In this document: positions 18,235 to 27,597 of the stretch, piece after piece | How the letters are laid out: the number at the start of each line of letters is the position of its first letter | Numbering within the stretch: the first letter of the stretch is position 1 | Sequence record: QB031380.1 | Source: a phage | Strand: one strand, 5' to 3' | DNA length: 44,130 nucleotides | Made by a program: the position numbers and the translations under genes | Notes under the pieces: generated by a model | What the model was told of the DNA's origin: nothing | The model's input: the letters and a program-made list of their open reading frames with translations, nothing else | Database searches by the model: none

Positions 18235-18848
18235 TCGTTCAAATCCTCGGTTACGATTCCGGCTGAAATAATAGCGCCGCCGATCTCACGCTCGCCCCAT
18301 AATACACCAAGCGCCGTACCTTGCGCGGTCGTGTTTACAGGGCCGCCGAACGCATACGACGCTTTGTTATCCACGTCCTGCCGGGTCTGCAATCCTTTCG
18401 GCTGCGGCGACAGCAATTGCATAACGCCACCCAGCGCCATCGACATGCCGAACGAAAACGTCGCTGTCCCAATAGCGGCAGCGGTTGCAGCCGAAGCCCC
18501 AAAAGCGGCAGTAGCAAGTCCGCCGGTATAGAACGACGCCACTACAATCGCGACACCCGCCAGCAATTGGCCCAGTCCGCTTTTTGCCCCCGTCATAACC
18601 GGCGCGATGGTAACGACGCGGTTGCCGTGGAACTCGCCTAGCTCATCATAGCCGGTCATTGTGTGGTTGCCTTTGCGCACCTTGAACATCATGTTGTCCA
18701 GGTGGGCCGACATTAAAAAGTCTTGTAAGCCTGGTAACTTCACGCACAGGCCGGTGATGCCTTCGCCCGGTGTGAAGCAGTCCAGCTTATGCACTTTACC
18801 AAAACGACGCCCTAAGACGCCGTACAATTTAAACGTGGTCATTGCCAT
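18231..18848 (-). CDS. I: tail assembly protein (lambda I-like)
   Basis: 205 aa; Gly/Ala-rich hydrophobic C-terminus; position between K and J. Confidence 0.75.
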   Translation of the reverse strand: MAMTTFKLYGVLGRRFGKVHKLDCFTPGEGITGLCVKLPGLQDFLMSAHLDNMMFKVRKGNHTMTGYDELGEFHGNRVVTIAPVMTGAKSGLGQLLAGVAIVVASFYTGGLATAAFGASAATAAAIGTATFSFGMSMALGGVMQLLSPQPKGLQTRQDVDNKASYAFGGPVNTTAQGTALGVLWGEREIGGAIISAGIVTEDLNE

Positions 18849-19579
18849 TCTGTGATATTCCCCGGTAGGTCTTTATGACGTACCCATTTAACCACATTGT
18901 CGCGGAAAAATCCTGACCGGAAGGGTATCACGCTCGACAGACTGCCGTAGATATGGTGTAGTAGTTGGTTGCCTGGAAGGAATATCCCTGCGTGGTTTGG
19001 CACTGGTGCGCTAATCTGCATAATTACCATTGCCCCCGGCGTATTTTCCTCACACTCCCTGAAGCCCGCGCCGTACCAATTATCCATATACAGATTTTCG
19101 CCTGTCTCCCACCAGTTATACGGCACGCGGAAGTCTGGCAGGTTTACACCCTGCTTTTTGTGCCAGTCCATGACGAGGCCGTAACAATCCGTAATTCCGA
19201 GAACAAATCGACGCCCCACCAGCGGCGGGTCTTCAGGGTCGATCTCGATAAAGTCGCCATATTCGTTAGTGATGGTCCAGACTACGCCGCTGCCGTTGCA
19301 TCCGTTAACGTCGCCCAATGACGGGGTCAGAACGCGCTGACCTGGGTGCGAGTGGACTACGCGCACGACGTCGCCCATATCCTCCGCATCCATCCAGGCC
19401 ATATCACTAATCGTGAACGCGTCTTTGCGTGAGCGCACGCCGGTAGGGTCTTCGAATACGTTCGGGCACGGGACAAATACTTGTTTGCGGCCCACCAAGA
19501 CGACCAGCCCACAGGCTTCTTCCGGCAGACATGCCGCAACGTGCGCGGCGATATCGCTTTTAACCTTTTTCGTTAACAT
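18839..19579 (-). CDS. K: tail assembly protein (lambda K-like, MPN/JAB plus NlpC/P60)
   Basis: HSHPG JAB-type motif; real start taken as the ATG overlapping the L stop. Confidence 0.75.
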   Translation of the reverse strand: MLTKKVKSDIAAHVAACLPEEACGLVVLVGRKQVFVPCPNVFEDPTGVRSRKDAFTISDMAWMDAEDMGDVVRVVHSHPGQRVLTPSLGDVNGCNGSGVVWTITNEYGDFIEIDPEDPPLVGRRFVLGITDCYGLVMDWHKKQGVNLPDFRVPYNWWETGENLYMDNWYGAGFRECEENTPGAMVIMQISAPVPNHAGIFLPGNQLLHHIYGSLSSVIPFRSGFFRDNVVKWVRHKDLPGNITEWQ

Positions 19580-19581
19580 GG

Positions 19582-20370
19582 CTACCCCTTGATCAATTTG
19601 GACCCAGGAAATCCACCGAAGTCCAGCACTGCAGCTTTCGGATCGGCAAGCCCCTGACCAAAACGAAGATAACAATCAGACAGGCAACCGCCACAGCGGT
19701 CCATATCCATCGCAATGACTTCGTTCCCACGTTCGTCGTAATACTTGATCCCAGGCTTCGCAAGGTTCCATGTACACCCGTCCCCGCTGGCGTACTTCCC
19801 GTTGAGCGCCCATTCGCACATATTCATGATTTGGCGACGGGGGATGACCTGCCCTTCCATATCCGCGGGGGAGGATAACGCAAAGGTGATTTGCTTGCCC
19901 GGATTGCGCCCGACCTGCGAGTCGATGTAATACTCCTGAACTCGTTTCTGCGTCGGGTCCGGGTCAGTCCCGTTGTCCAAGAACTTCGCGAACGTATCAA
20001 TGATCTCAACCTTCGCGCCCAGTAGCTGGTCGTGATTCAGCGACAGCCGGGTGATTACGCCGCCAATATCGACAATGGTCAGCTGCGGTTCCGCTGCCGT
20101 TGACGTGGAGAAGTTGAGGCCGGACAAATCGAAGGGCCAAAATTCGAACTCCTGCCCGCCGAAGAAGATTGATTTAGGTTTTAGCTTATCCTCGTCACCC
20201 CCAGCGGCAGCAATATCCTCGTCAGTGTGCGGAATAAAGCAGTAGTGGAAATAGTGATGGCCCGCGCCGATCGCACCGTCTCCTGGCTCCACGTCCTGCG
20301 CGTCAATGTGAATCAGGCGAACGCGGCCCGATGGGTCAAAGCGCGTCGCCTCACGATATAATTTATTCAT
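19582..20370 (-). CDS. L: minor tail protein (lambda L-like)
   Basis: 262 aa; C-terminal Cys cluster CGGCLSDC; canonical position. Confidence 0.75.
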   Translation of the reverse strand: MNKLYREATRFDPSGRVRLIHIDAQDVEPGDGAIGAGHHYFHYCFIPHTDEDIAAAGGDEDKLKPKSIFFGGQEFEFWPFDLSGLNFSTSTAAEPQLTIVDIGGVITRLSLNHDQLLGAKVEIIDTFAKFLDNGTDPDPTQKRVQEYYIDSQVGRNPGKQITFALSSPADMEGQVIPRRQIMNMCEWALNGKYASGDGCTWNLAKPGIKYYDERGNEVIAMDMDRCGGCLSDCYLRFGQGLADPKAAVLDFGGFPGSKLIKG

Positions 20371-20966
20371 CTTACAAATCCGATAGCAGTCTTAAGGGTG
20401 GCGGATACCGTTGCCGTGTAGTGTCCGTTGTCAGTGTACGACAAGCTCGAACGCTCGACCACGAATAAACCTGTCTCGCCATCCGGCGCGGTGACGATGA
20501 ACGGTTTTACAAAGTGCCCGCGAAGGAAGTTGTAAACCAGCTTAGGGTTACACCACTTGTCGGTAGTCAGTCCGACGAATTGCACGGGGAATTGTTTAGT
20601 TTCGGCGTTCGGGCCGTCCGCGATGTTCTGTCCGTAGCCATTACCGAATTGCAATTCTTCCGACCGGAAAGCTAACTGCACGTCGCCGCCGCCCTGCAAT
20701 TGCATGTGCCAGTAATAGGGCCATTCGTTTGATCGCGGGTCGTGTGCTTCGATTAGCTCATATGCCGCACCGGATTTCGTGGGGCCGGCCCAGTTATCCG
20801 CCAGGGTGATTTCTGTATCCGAGTTGAATGCGGCTATTTTGCCGGTGTAGTCGTTGCCGTCGATGCGGGCGAATACGCGGACCTTCCCGATCTCGCTCAA
20901 GAACGCCGTCCCCGCGCCCGTTACGGTCTTACTTCCGTTCGCTAGTGTGATTGTACCTTGTGACAT
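20367..20966 (-). CDS. minor tail protein (M-position)
   Basis: 199 aa ORF between tape measure and L; assigned by synteny. Confidence 0.5.
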   Translation of the reverse strand: MSQGTITLANGSKTVTGAGTAFLSEIGKVRVFARIDGNDYTGKIAAFNSDTEITLADNWAGPTKSGAAYELIEAHDPRSNEWPYYWHMQLQGGGDVQLAFRSEELQFGNGYGQNIADGPNAETKQFPVQFVGLTTDKWCNPKLVYNFLRGHFVKPFIVTAPDGETGLFVVERSSLSYTDNGHYTATVSATLKTAIGFVR

Positions 20967-21002
20967 AGAAAAGCCCCCACGATGGTTGTGGGGGCCATTT
21001 TA

Positions 21003-23645
21003 TCATCGTTTGTAAAGTACTCCACCCGGTTTCGTCGCTTTCACGATCTCGGCCTTCACCGCCTCGGTGATTTGCTTGCCGAAAGCCTGCGCTGTGCGTG
21101 GGTCTGGGCTGCTCACACTGGTGTCTGTTTTACCGGTCCCCGTGTAAACGTTAGTCGTCACGATCATACCCCCGCCTGCGACAGAAGCGGCAACGCCCAG
21201 TTTCCCGTCTGGCCCGCGCTTCAGCGGCATGATGGCCTCGGGGCCAGCCTCACCCATCAATCCTGCGCCCTTAGCGAACGCCTGGACGCCATAACTGAAA
21301 AAGGTGGGCTGGCTTACCACTTTCCCCGAATAGGCCGCGAGATTGCCCCCTGCGTACGCTCCGCCGTCCGCATTCTTAGTGAGGCCCGAGAAGATAGCGC
21401 CGAACAATCCGTTTTTGCCGCCGTCGCCACCGAAAGCGCTAACGATGGACTTGAATGCCTGCGATGTAGCCAGCTTGATTAACTCGCTCAGGATGGATTT
21501 AACCATATCCTTTGCATTCAACTTGCCCGTCTCGAAAAACTCGTTCATTGTGTCCTGCATAGCGCTGAATGTGAATTTCGTGAGCGATGCCATCTGCGTA
21601 TATCCGTTACCCATTTCATCCACGCTATCCTTAAGACCGCGGCTGAATCCATCCCATAGCGAGGCGTTAGCACCGGTCTGCGCCTCCTGCACTTCCCGCA
21701 GCTTAGACACGGCCTTGTCGATAGCGGTATCACTCGCGCCGACACGCTGCAAGCGGTCTATTAGCTGCAATTCTTCGCGCAGGTTAGACGCTTCGCGCGT
21801 AGACAGTGCGTAGCCCGCCGCGGTGGCCTTTAGCTCGGCGTTCTGATTCTTGAGGAACGCGTCAACCTGGGATTGGGCTTTGATCTGCTTCTCTTTCGCA
21901 TCTAGTAATTTGGCTTCTTCGACAATCTGCTCGCGCACTTCCTTCACGCGCCCAAACTCCGCCATCTGCTGCTTTTCCGCTGCCGTTAGCGCCCTTTCTT
22001 TGCTTGCGGCGATTAACTGCTCATTATCCGCGATTAGCTTGTTTAAGGCCGCTTGAGCGCGTTGCGTGCGGGTCTGCGCAGATGCGTTGGCTTCGATCTG
22101 CTTGCCCGATTCGCGAAGCTGGGCCAGTTCGCTACGTGCAACTTCCAGCATTTTCATACCGGCATCCACGCGAACAGCCGCAGCCTTCTTCGGGGCCGGG
22201 TCTTTGTAGCGCTCGTTTACCTGCTTCACCGCCTCGGCTAGTTCTTTCTCATTAATCACACCGCGCTTGTTCAGCAAATTGAGGCGGGCGATCTCGTCGG
22301 CGCGCCTCTTCGCGTTGGTGGCGAATTCCTTCTCAAATGCAGCGCGGTCGCGGGCGGCGCGGTTGGCCTCCTCGTTCGCCTTCGCCGATTCGTCCGCGGA
22401 GCGGGCGTTGTCACGCTCCGCGCGGTTGCGCAGAGTTAGCGACGCCACTACTTTCTCCTGGGCGACCAGTTCGCTGTAAAGCATGTTAATACGCGCTTTC
22501 TGCGCTTCGGTCATCACTCCGCCGGCAGCGTTTACCGCTTTCATCTCGGCATAGTAAGCCGTGGTCATGCGCTGCAAGGATTCACGCGCTTTCATCTCGG
22601 ACTCATTGGAGGACTGCGCGCGCCCAACATCCAGGATGGCATCCCACATTGATTTGGCTGCCGATGTGACGACGTTCATAGATCGCTCAAGCGTACCCAT
22701 GTTCGCCTTGATATCGTTTGTCATAGTGGTGAACGACGCGGCGGCGGTTTTGTTAGCCAACGCAACCGCATCTGTCTCGCGCCCCATATCCACCAACGAC
22801 TGCACCTGCTGGATCTGCGCTTCGGTTACAACGTGATACTTATCTGCCAGTGCGCGCAAACCGCCTACTGGGTCGTTTGACAATTTCGCCACCGACGAGA
22901 CCACGTCCTCAATAGGCTGGCCCGACGTCTTTGCAAAGTCATTAACCACCTTAGCTAACCCGCCGAAGTCCGCACCCGCTTTCACACCCGCCGCCGCCAG
23001 TGACTGAATTGTGTCACGCGTCTTGCGGAATGATCCGCCCATCCGCTCGGCGTTCTCAGATAGCACCAGGATCTGGTTAGCGGTGAGGCCAGAAATATTA
23101 CCGGAAAGCGCCAGCGTCTTGTTAAGCGCCGCCACTTGGTTTTCCGCGCGGGACATAATCGACACGCCAACGCCCATCGTTGCCGTTAATGCAGCGATGC
23201 CGATCCCTAACGGGCCGAGGGTGCCGACGACATAACGCAGCGTATTCCCCAACCCGCCAAACGCCCCAGTAAGCTGTGGTAGCTGCTGAAGCATGACTCG
23301 ATGCACCGGCATACCCATCTCAAGCGTTACCGCGATATCCTGTAACTGGAATGCGGCGTTCCGCGATGCGAACCCCAGGTTCTTGGTCGACATGCCTAAT
23401 CGGCTGGCGAGTCGCTCCTGTTTCGTCATGCCGTCGGCGGCGCGCTGCGATTCAGTCGCTAACTTTTCCATTCCGCCCGCGGCGTCGCCAGTAACCTTTT
23501 TCGACTTGCCGAGTGTGTCGTTTAATTTCTTTACTTTCTGTTCTGTGTTCTCGGATTTCTGCGCAAATGTGTCCAGCACAGTATTCGCCGTTTTAATTTG
23601 CGCGACGTCCGCCTTGAGCGTGATGCCCGCTGCCTGATCTGCCAT
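21003..23645 (-). CDS. tail tape measure protein
   Basis: About 880 aa, coiled-coil rich with Gly-rich hydrophobic segment; start taken at ATG 23645 with AAGGGGG RBS. Confidence 0.85.
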   Translation of the reverse strand: MADQAAGITLKADVAQIKTANTVLDTFAQKSENTEQKVKKLNDTLGKSKKVTGDAAGGMEKLATESQRAADGMTKQERLASRLGMSTKNLGFASRNAAFQLQDIAVTLEMGMPVHRVMLQQLPQLTGAFGGLGNTLRYVVGTLGPLGIGIAALTATMGVGVSIMSRAENQVAALNKTLALSGNISGLTANQILVLSENAERMGGSFRKTRDTIQSLAAAGVKAGADFGGLAKVVNDFAKTSGQPIEDVVSSVAKLSNDPVGGLRALADKYHVVTEAQIQQVQSLVDMGRETDAVALANKTAAASFTTMTNDIKANMGTLERSMNVVTSAAKSMWDAILDVGRAQSSNESEMKARESLQRMTTAYYAEMKAVNAAGGVMTEAQKARINMLYSELVAQEKVVASLTLRNRAERDNARSADESAKANEEANRAARDRAAFEKEFATNAKRRADEIARLNLLNKRGVINEKELAEAVKQVNERYKDPAPKKAAAVRVDAGMKMLEVARSELAQLRESGKQIEANASAQTRTQRAQAALNKLIADNEQLIAASKERALTAAEKQQMAEFGRVKEVREQIVEEAKLLDAKEKQIKAQSQVDAFLKNQNAELKATAAGYALSTREASNLREELQLIDRLQRVGASDTAIDKAVSKLREVQEAQTGANASLWDGFSRGLKDSVDEMGNGYTQMASLTKFTFSAMQDTMNEFFETGKLNAKDMVKSILSELIKLATSQAFKSIVSAFGGDGGKNGLFGAIFSGLTKNADGGAYAGGNLAAYSGKVVSQPTFFSYGVQAFAKGAGLMGEAGPEAIMPLKRGPDGKLGVAASVAGGGMIVTTNVYTGTGKTDTSVSSPDPRTAQAFGKQITEAVKAEIVKATKPGGVLYKR

Positions 23646-23710
23646 TATGCAGTCCCCCTTTTTTATGCAGTTGCCGTCGGTCATTGTATCAGCGAATTTA
23701 AAACAAACCT

Positions 23711-24030
23711 TATTCAGTCTCAGACGAGGGGGGCCATTGACCCCCGTCTAGTCTGAAAGACTGGGGGTTGTCCCGCCTGTCCCGATCGGCTAAAACCCGC
23801 GGCAGCACTGACGGGGACAGGGGTGCTGTCCCGCTTTGTCCCGCCTCATTCTGTCCCGCTTTTTGTCCCGCTTACTTTATGCAGAAAAACCGCATAGCTA
23901 TTCACTTTAAGGGGCGGGACAGATCGGGACAGCACCCCTGTCACGCTTTTAGTTTATGCAATGAAAGTGAGTATATATGCGGTTTTAATGGTGGCGGGAT
24001 AAAACGGTACGTCCCGCCTGTCCCGCTTCG
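23711..24030. repeat. Iteron-rich intergenic element, copy 1 (GTCCCGC in both orientations, GC hairpin, AT-rich segment)
   Basis: At least 10 GTCCCGC/GCGGGAC heptamers; 23711-23884 is near-identical to 40531-40705. Confidence 0.8.
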
Positions 24031-24707
24031 TTATGCGGGGTTCTGCCGCGCCATTTCATCCAGCGCAACGCGTTCCATTAGTTTGATATCTTTAAACGCA
24101 CGTTGCGCGTTTTCGATGCCGTGCATCCTAAACAGCCATTCCAGTACGCCGTAGTCGATGCCGTATGCGCCACCAAATCCGGTGCGCCATTGCGTGGAGC
24201 AATCGGTGAAGACTGCGACTACCTTCGCGTTGTCGGGCCATAGCGCAACTGGCGGGCACACGTCTTCAGGTGTCGCGCCCCATAAACTCGCGGCTAAATC
24301 TTCGGAGGGTGGCGGCGGGCCATAAAAGCGCCGCGCCGCCTCAATTAGTTTTTTTCACGCAACCCCATCAATTCGAGGTAGTACGACGTATGGAACACGC
24401 CGAACGCGCGCGGGTAGTTGACCACCAGGCGGCGGACGTTGGCGGCATTAAATTCGTCCGGCAAATTCCAGCCTTCAGCGACGTGCATGATGGCCTCGAC
24501 CATAACGTTAAATCCTTCCGGGTCATTGTCGTCATACTCCGACAACTTGCGTTCAGTGTCCTGCATGGTCTGCGAAAATTCGTCGATAGGGCGGTGGCGC
24601 ACGGTAAACGTCATTTTGCCCGGTTCGTTCTCACCAGGGCGCGGGATCTCAATCGGCAGCTTAAAGGTCGGTTTAGGGTCAAGTGTGAAGAGTGGTGATT
24701 TAGCCAT
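24031..24707 (-). CDS. GT: tail assembly chaperone frameshift fusion (lambda GT-like, -1 frameshift near 24348-24354)
   Basis: The -1 frame is open from the slippery heptamer through to 24031. Confidence 0.55.
24345..24707 (-). CDS. G: tail assembly chaperone (lambda G-like)
   Basis: Upstream of tape measure; ends at slippery site A AAA AAC and stop; internal ATG 24707 with GGAGA RBS. Confidence 0.65.
   Translation of the reverse strand: MAKSPLFTLDPKPTFKLPIEIPRPGENEPGKMTFTVRHRPIDEFSQTMQDTERKLSEYDDNDPEGFNVMVEAIMHVAEGWNLPDEFNAANVRRLVVNYPRAFGVFHTSYYLELMGLREKN
24348..24354 (-). other. -1 programmed ribosomal frameshift slippery heptamer A AAA AAC
   Basis: Heptamer lies immediately before the G stop codon; read directly from sequence. 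Confidence 0.55.
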
Positions 24708-24723
24708 TATGTAATTCTCCAAT

Positions 24724-24750
24724 AAAAAAGGGGCCGTACTGGCCCCATAT
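24724..24750 (-). terminator. terminator/attenuator between major tail gene and chaperone genes
   Basis: Minus strand reads GGGGCCagtacGGCCCC then TTTTTT, just upstream of the G RBS. Confidence 0.55.
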
Positions 24751-24776
24751 TAACACCCGCTATTTAAGCGACCAAA

Positions 24777-25502
24777 TTACGACAGCGCCTCAACCAAGTC
24801 CTTACGGTAAATAACCATATCGGACTGCATAGTGAGGGTGGACTCTACCGTCTCCACGTTGTTTACTTCAGCAGATGGAATCTTCTGGAAAGACACCTTA
24901 GCCGGGTAAATGCGGATCTCACCTTTGCCGCTTGCCGCTGCCGGGTTGGTGAACTTAATCACAGTGGTTTTCTGGGTGTCGTCCAGGTCTTCCAGAATCG
25001 GGCGGATCGGGTCTTCTTCGTCGTGGGTGAAAGTGTAGGTCTGGACCAACGGGTTTTTCGTGGTGTTCAGACTGATCGCGGTATTCACCTGCAACGGCTG
25101 GAATGTGGTGGTCTGCTGGTCGCCACCCGACACGGCAACGTTAGTGATAAACGGGAAGTCGATAAAGCTCGACACCTTCACCACCTCACCAGGTGTGCCT
25201 ACGCCGAAAGCACCGGTCGGGTATTTGGTGACGTCTTGAGTATCGAAGCGCGCCAGCGTCACGTCGTTAGTATCCACTTTACCCACGATGAACGCGCGGT
25301 TAAGCGCACGGACCCACGGGGTTTTAGTGAACATAACCACGTCGCCAACGGCGAGACCATGCGACGCCGCACAGGTAATAACGCATCCTTGCGTAAGATC
25401 GGAGATTGACGCCGCGGCGTTGGTTGCTGCCGTAACTGCGATGCCTGCACCCAATACGGACCCAATCTGCACGCTGGACCCGTTAGGAAGTTGATAACCC
25501 AT
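24777..25502 (-). CDS. major tail protein (V-position)
   Basis: 241 aa directly upstream of G/GT; followed by an attenuator. Confidence 0.7.
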   Translation of the reverse strand: MGYQLPNGSSVQIGSVLGAGIAVTAATNAAASISDLTQGCVITCAASHGLAVGDVVMFTKTPWVRALNRAFIVGKVDTNDVTLARFDTQDVTKYPTGAFGVGTPGEVVKVSSFIDFPFITNVAVSGGDQQTTTFQPLQVNTAISLNTTKNPLVQTYTFTHDEEDPIRPILEDLDDTQKTTVIKFTNPAAASGKGEIRIYPAKVSFQKIPSAEVNNVETVESTLTMQSDMVIYRKDLVEALS

Positions 25503-25563
25503 AATGAACGCTCCTGTTTAGATATACGGTTTAATGATACAGCACGCGCAGAATTGCGCCAAA

Positions 25564-25986
25564 TCAGGCGCAACAGGTGTAGGGGACTGTAACCACGATG
25601 CGGGCGCGATCAACATCCTCAACCACGGAACTGGTGTAAGGCGAGTCCTGAAGCTGGAAGGTCGCTCCGGAAAGCCTTACGGCCTGCCATTTATCCGACG
25701 TCGCGATGGCGTCCGCCAGTTCGCTCGCGTACTGTGTGCCCGTACCCGCGGGAAACACTACGGCAACCTGATATACGCCAGCATAGATCCGGCCCTTCTG
25801 CTGGAAGCCCACAAACTGGGTCGGGGCGGGTAGCAGGTACGGCTCCAGGTAGACACCGCTGCCGTTTGCGTGGTCGCCGCTCACGTTCTCCCAGTTAACC
25901 TGGATCGGGCGCTGGCTGGTGCTCAGGCTTACCGATAACTCTTCTACCACGCGGTTAAGCGCTTTGCGGATTGCGGTATTGCTCAT
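25564..25986 (-). CDS. tail terminator protein (by position)
   Basis: 140 aa ORF immediately upstream of the major tail gene. Confidence 0.4.
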   Translation of the reverse strand: MSNTAIRKALNRVVEELSVSLSTSQRPIQVNWENVSGDHANGSGVYLEPYLLPAPTQFVGFQQKGRIYAGVYQVAVVFPAGTGTQYASELADAIATSDKWQAVRLSGATFQLQDSPYTSSVVEDVDRARIVVTVPYTCCA

Positions 25987-26579
25987 TATTTCACCTTCGA
26001 ATTAATTTCTGCCGCTACGACGCGAACAATCCCCGCGGGCGCTTGTTTACTCCAACCATACTCCAGGCGCTGCGCGTACGGCACGTTGTTAGTAAACCAG
26101 ATCGACCCGTATTCACTCGAATCGTAGTGCGCCAGCACTTCACGCCCCGCGGCTAATGTTGCCGTTCCGGCCTTGTCCACGCGGTCAATAGCGCCGACAG
26201 CCGGGCGGTCAAATGTCACCTGCCAGTTTCCCCGGAAGCGCCCGCCGGTGTAATTCTTCGCAGCCCAGCCACGCTGGCGGAATGTTACATTGCCGTTTTT
26301 AGTCTTGAATGATACCAGCACGCTGGCGTGCTTCTTCTGACCGCGCTTCAGTTTGCCGCCATTCTTGCGACGCTGTGCGGCGTTCACCTTGTTTGCGTGC
26401 TGGCGGGCAAGCGCGTAAGCCCTGTTAATTTTCCACCGGCGAGGGTCTCCCACCGGGGAGATCTCAATAAGGCGTCCGAGTATTTGCATCCCGTACGCCC
26501 GCACCGCCTTGTCGTTGTTCTCCTTCGTCTTATCCACCCACGTTGCGATCGTGGCGGCGAATGAGTAGACTTCAGCCAC
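25986..26579 (-). CDS. tail completion / neck protein (by position)
   Basis: 197 aa, coupled to neighbours. Confidence 0.4.
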   Translation of the reverse strand: MAEVYSFAATIATWVDKTKENNDKAVRAYGMQILGRLIEISPVGDPRRWKINRAYALARQHANKVNAAQRRKNGGKLKRGQKKHASVLVSFKTKNGNVTFRQRGWAAKNYTGGRFRGNWQVTFDRPAVGAIDRVDKAGTATLAAGREVLAHYDSSEYGSIWFTNNVPYAQRLEYGWSKQAPAGIVRVVAAEINSKVK

Positions 26580-26580
26580 G

Positions 26581-26940
26581 TTAGCCCCTTAGCTGTAGTT
26601 GAAACAGCATGGTCTGGCCCGCCGGTTGCAGGGGGTTGGGATTGATAACCCGGTAGTCTGTATTGTTCAGGCTAACCAAATCCCCGACCTTTACCTGCTT
26701 GACGGCCTGACACAAAAACTTCACATCACCGGCAACGATACGCGTCCCGTCGATCTCGCTCGGCTTGTACTCCTCTCGAAGACCGATGACGTCGAACGAC
26801 GTTGGCGGGATTATCACTTCGTCGCCGTCTACGCGGTCAACCGACCCCGGACGCGTCACCGTAGCCGTCATGCCGAACTTTTTAATCAGCGGATTGACTT
26901 TCCGCTTTAACCCCGCGTAATTAAAGCCCGCCATTATCAT
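26581..26940 (-). CDS. head closure / head-tail joining protein (by position)
   Basis: 119 aa ORF in the connector region. Confidence 0.35.
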   Translation of the reverse strand: MIMAGFNYAGLKRKVNPLIKKFGMTATVTRPGSVDRVDGDEVIIPPTSFDVIGLREEYKPSEIDGTRIVAGDVKFLCQAVKQVKVGDLVSLNNTDYRVINPNPLQPAGQTMLFQLQLRG

Positions 26941-27038
26941 CCTCCTGTACCGGTGGTTCCGGTTCTGGCGCTGGTTCCGGTTCTGGTTGGCGTTTAGTAT
27001 TTGCGGCGATAATAGCCGCCAGAAATGCAGGATTCATA

Positions 27039-27581
27039 TCACCCCCGGAATACATCAAAATTACCCGCTGCGTTGCCACCTGAGTCAATCCAGCGGCCCA
27101 GCAAGCCATCCCACCACGGGAACGAGACACCGCTACCAATCGTCGCAGGGTCATATTCCATCGTGATCGGGCCAACAGTTTCGCGGATAGTCTCCTTACC
27201 GCTGCCCACAGGAGAAATATCAACCTCGTCCGCCACCAACATCGCCAACCTGTAAACGGCTTGCTCAACGGCTACGGGGATTGATGCGAAGTCTACGATT
27301 TGCCCTGCAGGCACTACTGCCACAACTTCAGTGAGCGTGTCGCGCACCGGCTTACCGTCCGACTGGTAATTAAGGCGGGGCCATGCGTCGATGCCGGTCT
27401 GGTCTGCGGGTTCTCCGATCCAGTTGATGCCGTTAAGGAAGTCATTAGCGACGGTAAGGTGTCGCGTTGCATCGCTCAGCGTGACTTCAACGCCTCGCGC
27501 AGCGGCATAATCAACAAAGGTTTGCGGGTCGCCATACATTGTATTCGCTCCTATAAAAAAGGCGGGCATAAGCCCGCCCAT
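27039..27581 (-). CDS. head-tail adaptor protein (by position)
   Basis: About 165-180 aa ORF downstream of the major capsid gene; start uncertain. Confidence 0.35.
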   Translation of the reverse strand: MGGLMPAFFIGANTMYGDPQTFVDYAAARGVEVTLSDATRHLTVANDFLNGINWIGEPADQTGIDAWPRLNYQSDGKPVRDTLTEVVAVVPAGQIVDFASIPVAVEQAVYRLAMLVADEVDISPVGSGKETIRETVGPITMEYDPATIGSGVSFPWWDGLLGRWIDSGGNAAGNFDVFRG

Positions 27582-27597
27582 TTGGGATGTGCGCCCG

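Noticed and set aside
23711-24030. Possible CRISPR array suggested by the repeated GTCCCGC units
   Set aside because: Units are 7 bp, irregularly spaced and in both orientations, with no regular repeat-spacer periodicity; not a CRISPR array.
23768-24154. Plus-strand ORF of 128 aa across iteron copy 1 (and its twin at 40589..40828)
   Set aside because: Both frames are simply the translation of the GTCCCGC array (repeating CPA/FCPA residues); they have no RBS and lie in a region better explained as a non-coding repeat.
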